Source: a virus
Taxonomy: Duplodnaviria > Caudoviricetes
Strand: one strand, 5' to 3'
IMG/VR virus record: IMGVR_UViG_3300013093_000215
Span: 1 to 27,354 of that record
DNA length: 27,354 nt
Shown: positions 1 to 7,887 of the stretch, in pieces
Numbering within the stretch: position 1 is the first letter of the stretch
How the letters are laid out: every line of letters starts with the position of its first letter
Position numbers and translations under genes: made by a program
Notes under the pieces: generated by a model
What the model saw: only the letters and a program-made list of their open reading frames with translations
Told to the model about the DNA's origin: nothing
Database searches by the model: none

Positions 1-563
1 GATAGTCCGCTTGTTGATGGTAATGTCAGTGTCCCCACTCCCGCCGTCCATACATAAGTATTACCACGACTGGCGTTTGTAATTGTTGGTGCGACCGATA
101 CCTGAACTACGTTACTCGTTGCCGCTAATTGGCCTGATATAACTGTCAAACCCGCGCCTGCGAGCGTACTGGCGCTTGCAACAGATGAGTTAATACCGAA
201 TATAGTATTACCCCAAACACCTGCAAAGGTTGAGTTATTAGTTAAATAAAAGTAAAGTGATGCACCAGGTGCTACAGTCGTTCCGTTCTGACCAGATGCG
301 TCCGTTACAACAAATGAGTACAGAGATGACTTGTTGTTGAACAATATATCCGATCCAACAGAGCCCTGATCTGCCTCAGGCAGTAGTATAGTCAGCCCGT
401 TTGCTGTTGGCGTGCAGTCCATAATCCTGGCCGCGGAGACCTGGGTCGGGTTAACAACAGACGGCCAGTAGAGTGGTGTGTTTGCACTAAAAGAAAGCGC
501 GTAATACGATACGTCCGTTGGTTCAATAACGGTACCAGTAAACGGGGATGTGAATGTTGACAT
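1..563 (-). CDS. Virion structural/tail protein, partial (runs off the window start)
   Basis: ATG at 563 directly follows the TAA TAA ending the upstream gene. The frame is open to the window edge (MSTFTSPFTGTVIEPTDVSYYALSFSANTPLYWP...) and is S/T/G-rich. It is absent from the ORF track because there is no stop inside the window. Confidence 0.8.
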   Translation of the reverse strand, partial: MSTFTSPFTGTVIEPTDVSYYALSFSANTPLYWPSVVNPTQVSAARIMDCTPTANGLTILLPEADQGSVGSDILFNNKSSLYSFVVTDASGQNGTTVAPGASLYFYLTNNSTFAGVWGNTIFGINSSVASASTLAGAGLTVISGQLAATSNVVQVSVAPTITNASRGNTYVWTAGVGTLTLPSTSGL

Positions 564-566
564 TTA

Positions 567-1187
567 TTAGGGTTCCTGAACAGATACGTTTCTGTCAATA
601 CGACGTGAGTTATCTTCTTTCTTGATTGCCGCCATAGCGCTGTCGTAGTAACCTTTCCAGATTGCTATTTTATCTTGCGCCTTGAGGTAGACCATTGCAT
701 GGTACATAGACCCGTACAGCATTAGCTGAGGTGTTGTTGCAGTAAAAAGATTTTCTTGATTGTTTGAGTCAAGCGGTTGAACTAGACTATAGTATATGAT
801 CTCAACTGGGTAGGATGCATCTGGTTTTGGTGCAAACGTCCAGTTCATGTAGTCATAGTCTGCATAGTATTGTGGCTGACTGCTACTTGACTCATTTTGA
901 TACATCGCCACATAGTCTTGACTGCGCAAAAGCATTGGCTCGCCGTTGATCTTCATGGAGACTGTTTTTCTCCATCTTGCAGGCTTTGCCAGTACAGTTT
1001 GATTTTGTGCTAGTGTGGTCTCTACAACAATCAGTTGTAAAAATGTTTTCAACTCGGCGGCAATAGACGCCTCAGCCAACGCAATAATGGTCGGGATAGT
1101 TGCCACAAACTGTGGATCATTACGTTCTGTATAGTTAATGATGTCCGCAGTCAGCGAATCATATGTCATTACTGATGTGGTTGTCAT
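567..1187 (-). CDS. Putative head-tail adaptor/tail tubular-like protein (206 aa)
   Basis: Helical N-terminus, a central beta region (PQYYADYD..WTFAPKPDASYPVEIIYY) and a helical C-terminus resembling the neighbouring 356-aa protein; ATGA overlap with the upstream gene. Confidence 0.6.
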   Translation of the reverse strand: MTTTSVMTYDSLTADIINYTERNDPQFVATIPTIIALAEASIAAELKTFLQLIVVETTLAQNQTVLAKPARWRKTVSMKINGEPMLLRSQDYVAMYQNESSSSQPQYYADYDYMNWTFAPKPDASYPVEIIYYSLVQPLDSNNQENLFTATTPQLMLYGSMYHAMVYLKAQDKIAIWKGYYDSAMAAIKKEDNSRRIDRNVSVQEP

Positions 1188-2254
1188 CTTGTGTAGTATG
1201 AGAAGTTAGGTTGGAAGTAAATAGGCGACTTATCGCGGTCCTCTTCCTCGGCCTCTGTACGCATTTGTAGCGCAAGTGCTTTTAATTCTGCTCGTCTTCC
1301 AGAATCAACTTCAGGTAACTGAAACGCCAATTTGTATGACAATTCAGACTGAATGTATGGTATCCAACGATTTGGTAGGTACAACTGATTTGTTAAAGAC
1401 CCGACATCCTGTGGCTGTGTCTCAATAACCAACTGGAATACCTGAAAGTCATTTGACGGCACCGGCCATAAGTACATCTGTGGGTCAATTGTTCTATTGA
1501 ACCAGTACTGGAGCGATCTTACGCTTGGGAATTGTTTGTTTGGTAGGTTCCAGTAATCGTCGCGATTAAGTCGAGCTAATGGAATGACCTGCTGTGATTG
1601 TGCAAATACGATCTGACGAACGGAGAATGTTGTTGCTACAGTCTCCCTCAGTCTGTGATAATAAAATCCTTGAGTAATATTAACCGGTGCATACGTCCAC
1701 TGTTTGTCTGATACGGTAGTTGTTGGGATCTGAAACTGTTCAGTCCACGTCACGCCATCATTACTTGTCTCGTACACTAAGTTATACGTTACAGTGGATC
1801 CGTTTGTTGGGCTGTAGGCATTAAAGCCGACGTAATAGACAGAAGTTGCCTGGCCATACGCCGCGCCAAACCAGTTTTCACCAGTTGTCGTAGTCCCGTA
1901 TCCGTTTAAATTGCCGTCAAAAACAACTGCTGAGGTTGCGTTATCAACTGGTAATGCTGAAGATATTTGTGGTGTCTGTATATAGACCCAGTTAGCCTCA
2001 AGCACGTCAATCGTATTAGTCGGCAGAGATAGTGTCTGCTGATTTGACTGAGCGCCGAGCACAACGTTCTCAAGTAGCCATAAATTTGGGCCACGGTTTA
2101 CGCTGTTTTGAAGTATATAGAAAAGTGCCTGTTTGGCTGTGTTAACAAGCTCAGGAGTCATCTCCTCAGCTTGCTTCCCACAGTCACGAAACGAGTAGGC
2201 TATTAACTGATCTACATTAACCGAAGTTTGGTTTGTTGTTCCGGAGTAAGCCAC
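1184..2254 (-). CDS. Putative head-tail adaptor protein with an inserted discoidin/F5-8C-like beta domain (356 aa)
   Basis: The N-terminus MAYSGTT...NRGPNLW and C-terminus YWFNR...YLWPVP...EEDRDK are typical of podovirus-type adaptor proteins. The central insert contains a YETSNDGVTWT discoidin-like motif. GTG start. Confidence 0.6.
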   Translation of the reverse strand: MAYSGTTNQTSVNVDQLIAYSFRDCGKQAEEMTPELVNTAKQALFYILQNSVNRGPNLWLLENVVLGAQSNQQTLSLPTNTIDVLEANWVYIQTPQISSALPVDNATSAVVFDGNLNGYGTTTTGENWFGAAYGQATSVYYVGFNAYSPTNGSTVTYNLVYETSNDGVTWTEQFQIPTTTVSDKQWTYAPVNITQGFYYHRLRETVATTFSVRQIVFAQSQQVIPLARLNRDDYWNLPNKQFPSVRSLQYWFNRTIDPQMYLWPVPSNDFQVFQLVIETQPQDVGSLTNQLYLPNRWIPYIQSELSYKLAFQLPEVDSGRRAELKALALQMRTEAEEEDRDKSPIYFQPNFSYYTR

Positions 2255-2257
2255 AAA

Positions 2258-2425
2258 TTACCTTCCACGGCCAGATGATTTCCGTGCGGGGAGGTTAGCC
2301 TTGGCCTTACCTGCTTTAACAAACTCTGCCCCTACCTTTTTAGGTATTCCAACTTTTTTAGCAAACTCGGGATTGTTTTTAACGCCTTGCATGAGACGTT
2401 CTTGAGCGCGTGAAACGATTGGCAT
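2258..2425 (-). CDS. Small basic protein (55 aa, MPIVSRAQERLMQGVKNNPEFAKKVGIPKKVGAEFVKA...)
   Basis: Translated by hand (below the ORF-track cutoff). It fills the gap with 1-3 nt spacing to its neighbours, and NPxFAKKVGIP is a motif I recognise from small phage late proteins. Confidence 0.8.
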   Translation of the reverse strand: MPIVSRAQERLMQGVKNNPEFAKKVGIPKKVGAEFVKAGKAKANLPARKSSGRGR

Positions 2426-2426
2426 G

Positions 2427-2582
2427 TTACTTTACCTTTTTCTTTGCTGTTTTAGCTGAATCCTTAAAGTCCTTAGCGCTTGGGGCACCTTTGGACCCAG
2501 GTTTTCTCATGTGCTCACCCGAACCTTTGGCTATACGTTCTTGCTTTTTATGAATATTCGCATAAAGTCCGGGTTTTGCCAT
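2427..2582 (-). CDS. Small basic protein (51 aa, MAKPGLYANIHKKQERIAKGSGEHMRKPGSKGAPSAKDFKDSAKTAKKKVK)
   Basis: Translated by hand; tightly packed between neighbours. KPGLYANIH...MRKPGSKGAP is a motif I recognise from small phage proteins. Confidence 0.85.
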   Translation of the reverse strand: MAKPGLYANIHKKQERIAKGSGEHMRKPGSKGAPSAKDFKDSAKTAKKKVK

Positions 2583-2583
2583 G

Positions 2584-3372
2584 TTATTGTTGCATTGGTT
2601 GTTGCATGCCTTGTGGGATCATGCCGGGTTGTTGAGGTCTCGCCTGAGTCATGTTCTGCGGTTGCATTAACGGTGCAGGCTGTTGCTGAGGTACGTTACC
2701 TACGTTAGCAGGTTGGTACATACTCTGTGCAATTTGTTGACGCTGTAGTGGGTTTAATAATTCACCAGTTAAACTGCCGGCGGCCATCTTCTTGATGGAT
2801 CCACCGGCTTTAAACTTTTTTGCGGCACCATCTATGTCGTCAATTGCGTCAATGCCTTTTTTACCGGATTTAGCCTTGGCCTTAGACTCTGCGTCGGCCT
2901 TCTTATCGCCAGTGGGCGGGACCTTTTTGATCTTGTCCTTTTCGCCTGCGGGCTTGCTTTTCTCTTTTTCTACATCACTTGCGCGGCTTGATGGGCGCTT
3001 TACTGCCTCAGACGGGGCCGATGCTTTCTTTGGCTCTGTATCTTTAATCTTTTTTATTTTATCCAAATCGCCTGCGTCTTTTTTCATCTCAATAGCGCCG
3101 CCGGCTTTGTACTTGCGGACGTTTCCGCCTTCTTTCTTAGCACGTCCACCCTTGCGTAACTTGCTGAGGTCCGTTTTTTCGCCGTCGTGTAACTGGTTAT
3201 CGTGCATGCCAAATGCAGACTTAACTACCTTCTTGGCTGTCTTCTCGTCTTGCTTCATGTCGGCCTTGCCACCTTCAGCCATGGCCTTACCGCCCTTTTT
3301 AAATACGTTAACTTTGACCGCACCACCTTCTTTGAAGTGTTGCATTTTCACCATTTTTGTAAAACCTTCCAT
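2584..3372 (-). CDS. Lys-rich low-complexity protein with repeated xxxGG motifs and a Gln/Pro-rich tail; putative internal virion protein
   Basis: Contains FKEGG, FKKGG, MAEGG, LRKGG, KKEGG, YKAGG and FKAGG; SD-like AGGGGA upstream. Confidence 0.75.
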   Translation of the reverse strand: MEGFTKMVKMQHFKEGGAVKVNVFKKGGKAMAEGGKADMKQDEKTAKKVVKSAFGMHDNQLHDGEKTDLSKLRKGGRAKKEGGNVRKYKAGGAIEMKKDAGDLDKIKKIKDTEPKKASAPSEAVKRPSSRASDVEKEKSKPAGEKDKIKKVPPTGDKKADAESKAKAKSGKKGIDAIDDIDGAAKKFKAGGSIKKMAAGSLTGELLNPLQRQQIAQSMYQPANVGNVPQQQPAPLMQPQNMTQARPQQPGMIPQGMQQPMQQ

Positions 3373-3373
3373 A

Positions 3374-3748
3374 TTAATCCCCTTTTTGTTTGTCTATTAC
3401 GGCTTTAGCCACTTTTAAAAAATGCTCTAAGCCGTATTGATTTAGAGCGTCATTAACACAAGAAAGCACAACTCTTGTGTTTGATTCAGAATATTCTTTT
3501 ATTTTAGAATCTATTTTATCCAATGATGGACTATAAGGATTTTTGGAATATTTTTTATTTTTTGATAAAAGTTTTAAACTAATCTCTTTTTGTTTTTTAA
3601 ATTGAGATAAATTTGAACACCAATTTTCAGCAAAATATCCGTCTTTCTTAACAGATTGACTAATTTTATAGTTCCAAAAAACTCTGCCATTTTTGTCTAA
3701 ATGTCCTTTTTTAAAAGGCATACCTGTCTCAGGATTCAATCTTTTCAT
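3374..3748 (-). CDS. Degenerate HNH-type homing endonuclease-like protein (124 aa from the ATG at 3748)
   Basis: A GGAG SD precedes MKRLNPETG. The C-terminal NPYSPSLDKIDS...NTRVVLSCVN resembles the SLDRID..GY...N...C..N HNH core, but the usual preceding Cys/helical segment is missing. The DNA is AT-rich relative to its flanks. Confidence 0.55.
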   Translation of the reverse strand: MKRLNPETGMPFKKGHLDKNGRVFWNYKISQSVKKDGYFAENWCSNLSQFKKQKEISLKLLSKNKKYSKNPYSPSLDKIDSKIKEYSESNTRVVLSCVNDALNQYGLEHFLKVAKAVIDKQKGD

Positions 3749-3832
3749 TTTTAACTCCACGATAGTTGTATATTGGGAAGCTAGTTTGGTTTCGTGGTCC
3801 AAACAAGAGTTGCATTCTCCTTTCACTTCCTA
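3749..3832 (-). promoter_or_regulatory. Structured 5' leader (three-way junction plus pseudoknot touching the SD)
   Basis: Minus-strand pairings GGAAG/CTTCC, AGGAG/CTCTT and GTTTGG/CCAAAC; the loop CCACGA is complementary to TCGTGG, which overlaps the GGAG. Confidence 0.5.
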
Positions 3833-3870
3833 TATATATACTAATGCATAACTATTACTGTTCTTGCCCC
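3833..3870 (-). promoter_or_regulatory. Putative phage late promoter, copy A
   Basis: GGGGC-N17-TGCATTAGTATATATA; one of five copies. Confidence 0.75.
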
Positions 3871-4373
3871 AGGAAAAGGGCCCTTTCACGCTTGCGTCGG
3901 CCCTCCAGTTCAGGCGGTTTGTTCCACATTAGAAAGGCATCGGCCGCTCCCGTCAGATCCCCCTGGTTGATCTTTTTGACCACGGTGGATTCTTTGAAAT
4001 GCGTCGCGCCTATGTTAAAACAAAGGCTGTACAGTGCATCGTATTGGTTTTGGTTGAGTGGCACCTTAATTGATTGATTAACGGCCTCATCACACCACTT
4101 TAAATCGCTCTGTAGAAGATCTTCGACCTGGTCAAGGGATAAGATAGCATCTTTTAGATGCGCCTCATCTGGCTTTATTAGATGCCCTACTCCAATGGTC
4201 ATCAGACCTTTAGTATCGGCATATGCCTTGGTTTTGAATCCCTCTTCTTTAGTAACAAATGCCAAGGTTGATTTTGCTATTGCCATTATCTTCTCTTCTA
4301 AGTTTTGAATTTGTGGTTGCCAGGTGATGAATACGTCAAGCACCAATAAGAGCGCCAAAAGCGCTTTTTTCAT
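3855..4373 (-). CDS. Endolysin, GH24 (T4-like lysozyme) with an N-terminal hydrophobic signal/SAR-like segment
   Basis: Catalytic triad E-x8-D-x5-T (EGFKTKAYADTKGLMTIGVGH), plus NQNQYDALYSLCFNIG and LEGRRKRERALF. The start is placed at MKKALLALLL (4373), 1 nt after the holin stop. Confidence 0.92.
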   Translation of the reverse strand: MKKALLALLLVLDVFITWQPQIQNLEEKIMAIAKSTLAFVTKEEGFKTKAYADTKGLMTIGVGHLIKPDEAHLKDAILSLDQVEDLLQSDLKWCDEAVNQSIKVPLNQNQYDALYSLCFNIGATHFKESTVVKKINQGDLTGAADAFLMWNKPPELEGRRKRERALFLGQEQ

Positions 4374-4374
4374 A

Positions 4375-4866
4375 TTATAGTGTTGCAGATTTCTGCAGTA
4401 GTTTGTCTTTGGCCTGACTGCCGGCTGAGGACCCAAAGTAGAACGACATAATGGCCGTCCAGGCTGTTCCTAAGCTACCGAGCATAAGCAGGAGGGCATC
4501 GCTTGTCTTAAATGTCTCCATCATCAATCCAACCAATATTCCAAAAAACCCGAATGTGACCATTATAGCGAGGGCGGGAGGAATAAACGAGTGCGAACTC
4601 GTCTGCATATCCCTTGCCGACTTTCGGTCCGATACCGCCAGTTGCTCAAAGTCAAGTCCAAGCTCTTGAGCCTTGGCCTTTAATTGCACCTCAGCAAGCT
4701 GAACGCTTGCGATCTGATCCGATGTGAGCTTGCCATCATCGAGCATCTTTTTGGCGTCGTCTTGTGTTATGTTAAGTGCCTTTGCAACCGCCTCATAGGC
4801 CAGTCCACCAAGTGGGCCACCCAGGCATGTCGCTATTGTTGGGCAAATTGTTTTTAGCCAGTCCAT
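4375..4866 (-). CDS. Putative holin (GTA/3TM-holin-like)
   Basis: N-terminal PTIATCLGGPLGG, a DRKSARDMQ motif, two C-terminal TM helices ending SFYFGSS, and a position directly upstream of the endolysin. Confidence 0.75.
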   Translation of the reverse strand: MDWLKTICPTIATCLGGPLGGLAYEAVAKALNITQDDAKKMLDDGKLTSDQIASVQLAEVQLKAKAQELGLDFEQLAVSDRKSARDMQTSSHSFIPPALAIMVTFGFFGILVGLMMETFKTSDALLLMLGSLGTAWTAIMSFYFGSSAGSQAKDKLLQKSATL

Positions 4867-4875
4867 ACTATTCTC

Positions 4876-5523
4876 CTATTTGCAGTACTTCGGCAACATG
4901 TCGGTCTCTTTAACCAGTCTCCAACATTCAATCACCCTGGGGTCTGTTTCCCAGTTTCTTTCAAAGAACTCTTGTTCTTTTGCATTTGCTTTCTTGCGTG
5001 CCTCATAGTCTGTATGGATTGCGTACATCACGCCAGACATTACGAAGCTTACGCACAATACGGCGCACATAATTGCAAACCGTAGGTGCCATTTATCTGC
5101 AAAGGCCTTACGTTTAATCTGCGTTGCAAGCTCGGCTTTTCTTTCCCGCTCTTCTTCTTTTGCTTTTTTAGCCCGTAGCCTGTCGCGTTCTTTTTGAAAA
5201 TCTTCCCATACAGCCCCCAGTTCAGGCGGTGCATGATAGATTAACAACTCGCGTAGTTCAGTCTCAGCATTCTCTAAGCGCTTTCGGGCCAGGATATTAT
5301 CGAGCGCTATAGCGCTATCAGATCTATCCTTTGGCGGGTTCTTTTCTTTTTCTTTAAAATCTTCAATGGCTTTTTCTTGATGATCAAAGAAATCGCCGAC
5401 ATGCTTTCCCAGGTCTGATACAATGTTTTGCACATCGTGTGCAGTGCCTGATACTTCCTTGTATATCGCTACACCTTGCTTGATGGCACCAAAGGCCATC
5501 ATAGCAAGTGATAACGGATCCAC
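4876..5523 (-). CDS. Coiled-coil membrane protein of unknown function in the lysis cluster
   Basis: 215-aa ORF with charged helices and a single TM segment (FAIMCAVLCVSFVMSGVMYAI). Confidence 0.7.
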   Translation of the reverse strand: MDPLSLAMMAFGAIKQGVAIYKEVSGTAHDVQNIVSDLGKHVGDFFDHQEKAIEDFKEKEKNPPKDRSDSAIALDNILARKRLENAETELRELLIYHAPPELGAVWEDFQKERDRLRAKKAKEEERERKAELATQIKRKAFADKWHLRFAIMCAVLCVSFVMSGVMYAIHTDYEARKKANAKEQEFFERNWETDPRVIECWRLVKETDMLPKYCK

Positions 5524-5735
5524 TACTTAATTGTTATAAAGTGCGTCAAGTAGCCTATGCAGGAACTTATGCCAGATACGATGACCATCCCGGCCCAAAA
5601 ACCACCCTTGGATTTATTGGCGAGTTCGATAAGTTGGCAGACAGATTGCTCCAACTTGTCGATCTTTTTCTCAAGTATCTCTACATTAGCTACCAGTTGA
5701 CCGTACTTGAATAAATCAATTGATTCTGAGACCAT
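5523..5735 (-). CDS. Small coiled-coil protein with a C-terminal TM helix (lysis accessory-like)
   Basis: YGQLVANVEILEKKIDKLE heptads followed by ANKSKGGFW and a hydrophobic tail; translationally coupled on both sides. Confidence 0.75.
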   Translation of the reverse strand: MVSESIDLFKYGQLVANVEILEKKIDKLEQSVCQLIELANKSKGGFWAGMVIVSGISSCIGYLTHFITIK

Positions 5736-6112
5736 TACGCGCTCACTGTTGTTGCTGTAGGTGACGCAATAGGCGTAATGGATGTAGGTGTAATTACAGT
5801 AGGTTCTGTAGTTGTGATTGTTACAGCTACGGGCGCGGCTACTGGTGCTACGCTAACGGGTGCAGGTGCAGGTGCGGCCGTTGCGGCGGCAATAACTTGT
5901 TGCTGTATCGGGGAGATACTGCCAGTTGTTGATGCCGGTACGGCTGAGTCAGGTCTTGTTGGTGGTACTGAAGATACTGGGGCCTGACCAAGAGCAACAA
6001 CATGATGCGCTGAATATATTTCCTCCAGGAGTTGGATGAATTTCTCAATATCGGCCTTTGCTGTTGAGTCAAATGCTTTGAGGTGTGTACGAATTTCTTT
6101 TAAAAATGACAT
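5735..6112 (-). CDS. Hypothetical protein with a Pro/Thr/Ala-rich disordered C-terminus
   Basis: AGGAG SD before the ATG at 6112; TAATG coupling to the next gene. Confidence 0.7.
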   Translation of the reverse strand: MSFLKEIRTHLKAFDSTAKADIEKFIQLLEEIYSAHHVVALGQAPVSSVPPTRPDSAVPASTTGSISPIQQQVIAAATAAPAPAPVSVAPVAAPVAVTITTTEPTVITPTSITPIASPTATTVSA

Positions 6113-6132
6113 GAAATACTCCTAGTTGAAAA

Positions 6133-7047
6133 TTAAGTTTTGATGATAAAGTTGATACCGAGGTATGGTGATATTGTTCCAAACGCCGCACTTGCACCAG
6201 TGTTTCCAATGGTTGTTGTAACGTTCGCGTACCCTGTGTTTGTGTTGTAGTTGCCGGATGCTCCAACGTCAAGACCTCCACCACCACTACTAGAAGCATT
6301 CGGGTATGCTCGAATAGCGTGTATGTGACCAGAGTCAGTAGATACCGCAGTATGGTTATGGCTTGGTAACTGAGAGGAAGATGTAAGTGCAGTCTGTGCC
6401 GCGCCACCTGTTGCGCCGAGCGCTGTTGCGGATAGTGTGCCTGTAATTGATGACGATGATAGCGTTTGAGATACACTGACTGTGTATATACCGACACCAC
6501 CCAGTGTGCCTGATACAAATCCAGTTACTGTTGTCCCTGAGGCTACTCCGGTACCCGTTAGGACCTGGTTTATCGCTATCGGACCAGACGCGACCGCTGT
6601 CACCGTTAAAGTTGTTCCGGATATTGATCCGGTAAAACTTGACGAGTTAGAGGCCGTTACGCCGATAGGCATAGACCCACTAAAGTTTGGTACGTTGAAT
6701 GTGGTCGATCCATCACCGACACCGAACGTTGTGCCAATTATCGCGAACAGTGCCGAGTAGGTTGTTCTCGATACCGCCTGTCCGCTACAGAATAGATATC
6801 CTGATGGTGCAGTGGCCGCGGCCCACATCTGCACAGATCCTGTTATAACAGCAGATACCGTGGTCGTTGCCTTGGATGCCAGTAACTGCACCACGCCATT
6901 ATTGTCCTTATAGTACAGCTTTCCGTCTGTGTAGTTGATCGCCAACTCACATCCGGTTGCTACGCTCGTTAAATTGGACGCGCTCGGTATATCAGACGCC
7001 GTTCCGCTTGCGTATAAGAGTATTGGTGTGTAACCAGTTTGTGCCAT
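6133..7047 (-). CDS. Tail fibre protein with a phage tail collar domain
   Basis: Collar motif [51 protein letters not shown], HxH motifs (SHNH, GHIH) and C-terminal [11 protein letters not shown]; N-terminal [15 protein letters not shown]. Confidence 0.88.
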   Translation of the reverse strand: MAQTGYTPILLYASGTASDIPSASNLTSVATGCELAINYTDGKLYYKDNNGVVQLLASKATTTVSAVITGSVQMWAAATAPSGYLFCSGQAVSRTTYSALFAIIGTTFGVGDGSTTFNVPNFSGSMPIGVTASNSSSFTGSISGTTLTVTAVASGPIAINQVLTGTGVASGTTVTGFVSGTLGGVGIYTVSVSQTLSSSSITGTLSATALGATGGAAQTALTSSSQLPSHNHTAVSTDSGHIHAIRAYPNASSSGGGGLDVGASGNYNTNTGYANVTTTIGNTGASAAFGTISPYLGINFIIKT

Positions 7048-7060
7048 TTGTTGTCCTTTT

Positions 7061-7111
7061 TTAGCCCATAATCATGTTAATTGTTTGTACTGATAATTTT
7101 ATTTCTTCCAT
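7061..7111 (-). pseudogene. 16-codon remnant of a small tail-associated protein ([16 protein letters not shown])
   Basis: The ATG directly follows the upstream stop. The sequence resembles the start of small helical phage proteins that normally continue ...YL..P..EV..LI. Confidence 0.4.
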
Positions 7112-7288
7112 TTATTTCCCTGTCGCTTGTAATTGCGCCTCTGTTGGTTGTGGATTAGGATTTGTCCATGACTTTATGTAATCACCTTTACCATCGCTAT
7201 CGTTTTGCAAATGAATAGTTCCACCATTAGGTGAAAAATCAGCATCTGTTAATGATGGATAAATTGCAATTATTTGTTCATATAACAT
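7112..7288 (-). CDS. XkdW-like small tail-fibre chaperone/accessory protein (58 aa)
   Basis: Translated by hand: MLYEQIIAIYPSLTDADFSPNGGTIHLQNDSDGKGDYIKSWTNPNPQPTEAQLQATGK. It is a paralogue of 9878..10054 with TAATG coupling. Confidence 0.8.
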   Translation of the reverse strand: MLYEQIIAIYPSLTDADFSPNGGTIHLQNDSDGKGDYIKSWTNPNPQPTEAQLQATGK

Positions 7289-7887
7289 TATGCAGACCTC
7301 ACTAAAGAACCTGAAAATCTTGATGTGTAGTATGACGTTCCAGAAGTGCTAAAGGTACAAGTGCCACCAAAATAATAACCATATAACTCTATATAATCTG
7401 TTGATCCGTTTAAATAAACTAAAGTCGAATAAGAAAGGTTTGTATTTCCATCAGATGCCAAAGCAGCACTTGGATTTGTATTAACACCCCATGAAGTTGC
7501 AGCTCCATTTTTATAAACAGAAACAATAGCTTGAACAGTAGTTACTGTTCCTACTAAATCAAGTTGAGCATTTACTTGATAATAACCAGCAACTTGAGGA
7601 GTAAAACGATAATTTGTTGTATTGTCAAAGGCTGATGCAGTATCAAATTCTTTTACTTGTAATGCAACTTTTGTAATTACATTTGATGAAACTGTTTGGC
7701 TTGCATTTGCATAAGCACTAAATGCAGGACCACCAGTAATAGTATCCCAAGCACTGCCGTTATAAATTTCAGTTCCACCATAAGTAGTGTTGTATCCCAT
7801 TTGCCCAGTCGCTGGACTTGCAGGGCGTGTTGCAGTAGTCCATGTTGGGTATGTCAATCCATTTGTGCCATCTAAAACCATTGTCAT
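7288..7887 (-). CDS. Receptor-binding/fibre-tip protein with a C1q/TNF-like domain
   Basis: PAFSAY...EFDT..AFD.TTNYRFTPQVAGYYQVN...YLNGSTDYIELY C1q-like pattern; N-terminal TRPASPATGQMGYNTT adaptor. Confidence 0.8.
   Translation of the reverse strand: MTMVLDGTNGLTYPTWTTATRPASPATGQMGYNTTYGGTEIYNGSAWDTITGGPAFSAYANASQTVSSNVITKVALQVKEFDTASAFDNTTNYRFTPQVAGYYQVNAQLDLVGTVTTVQAIVSVYKNGAATSWGVNTNPSAALASDGNTNLSYSTLVYLNGSTDYIELYGYYFGGTCTFSTSGTSYYTSRFSGSLVRSA

Noticed and set aside
3749-3832. Hammerhead or HDV-like ribozyme in leader A
   Set aside because: A GAAA is present, but the CUGANGA core and the HDV nested pseudoknot could not be matched by eye.
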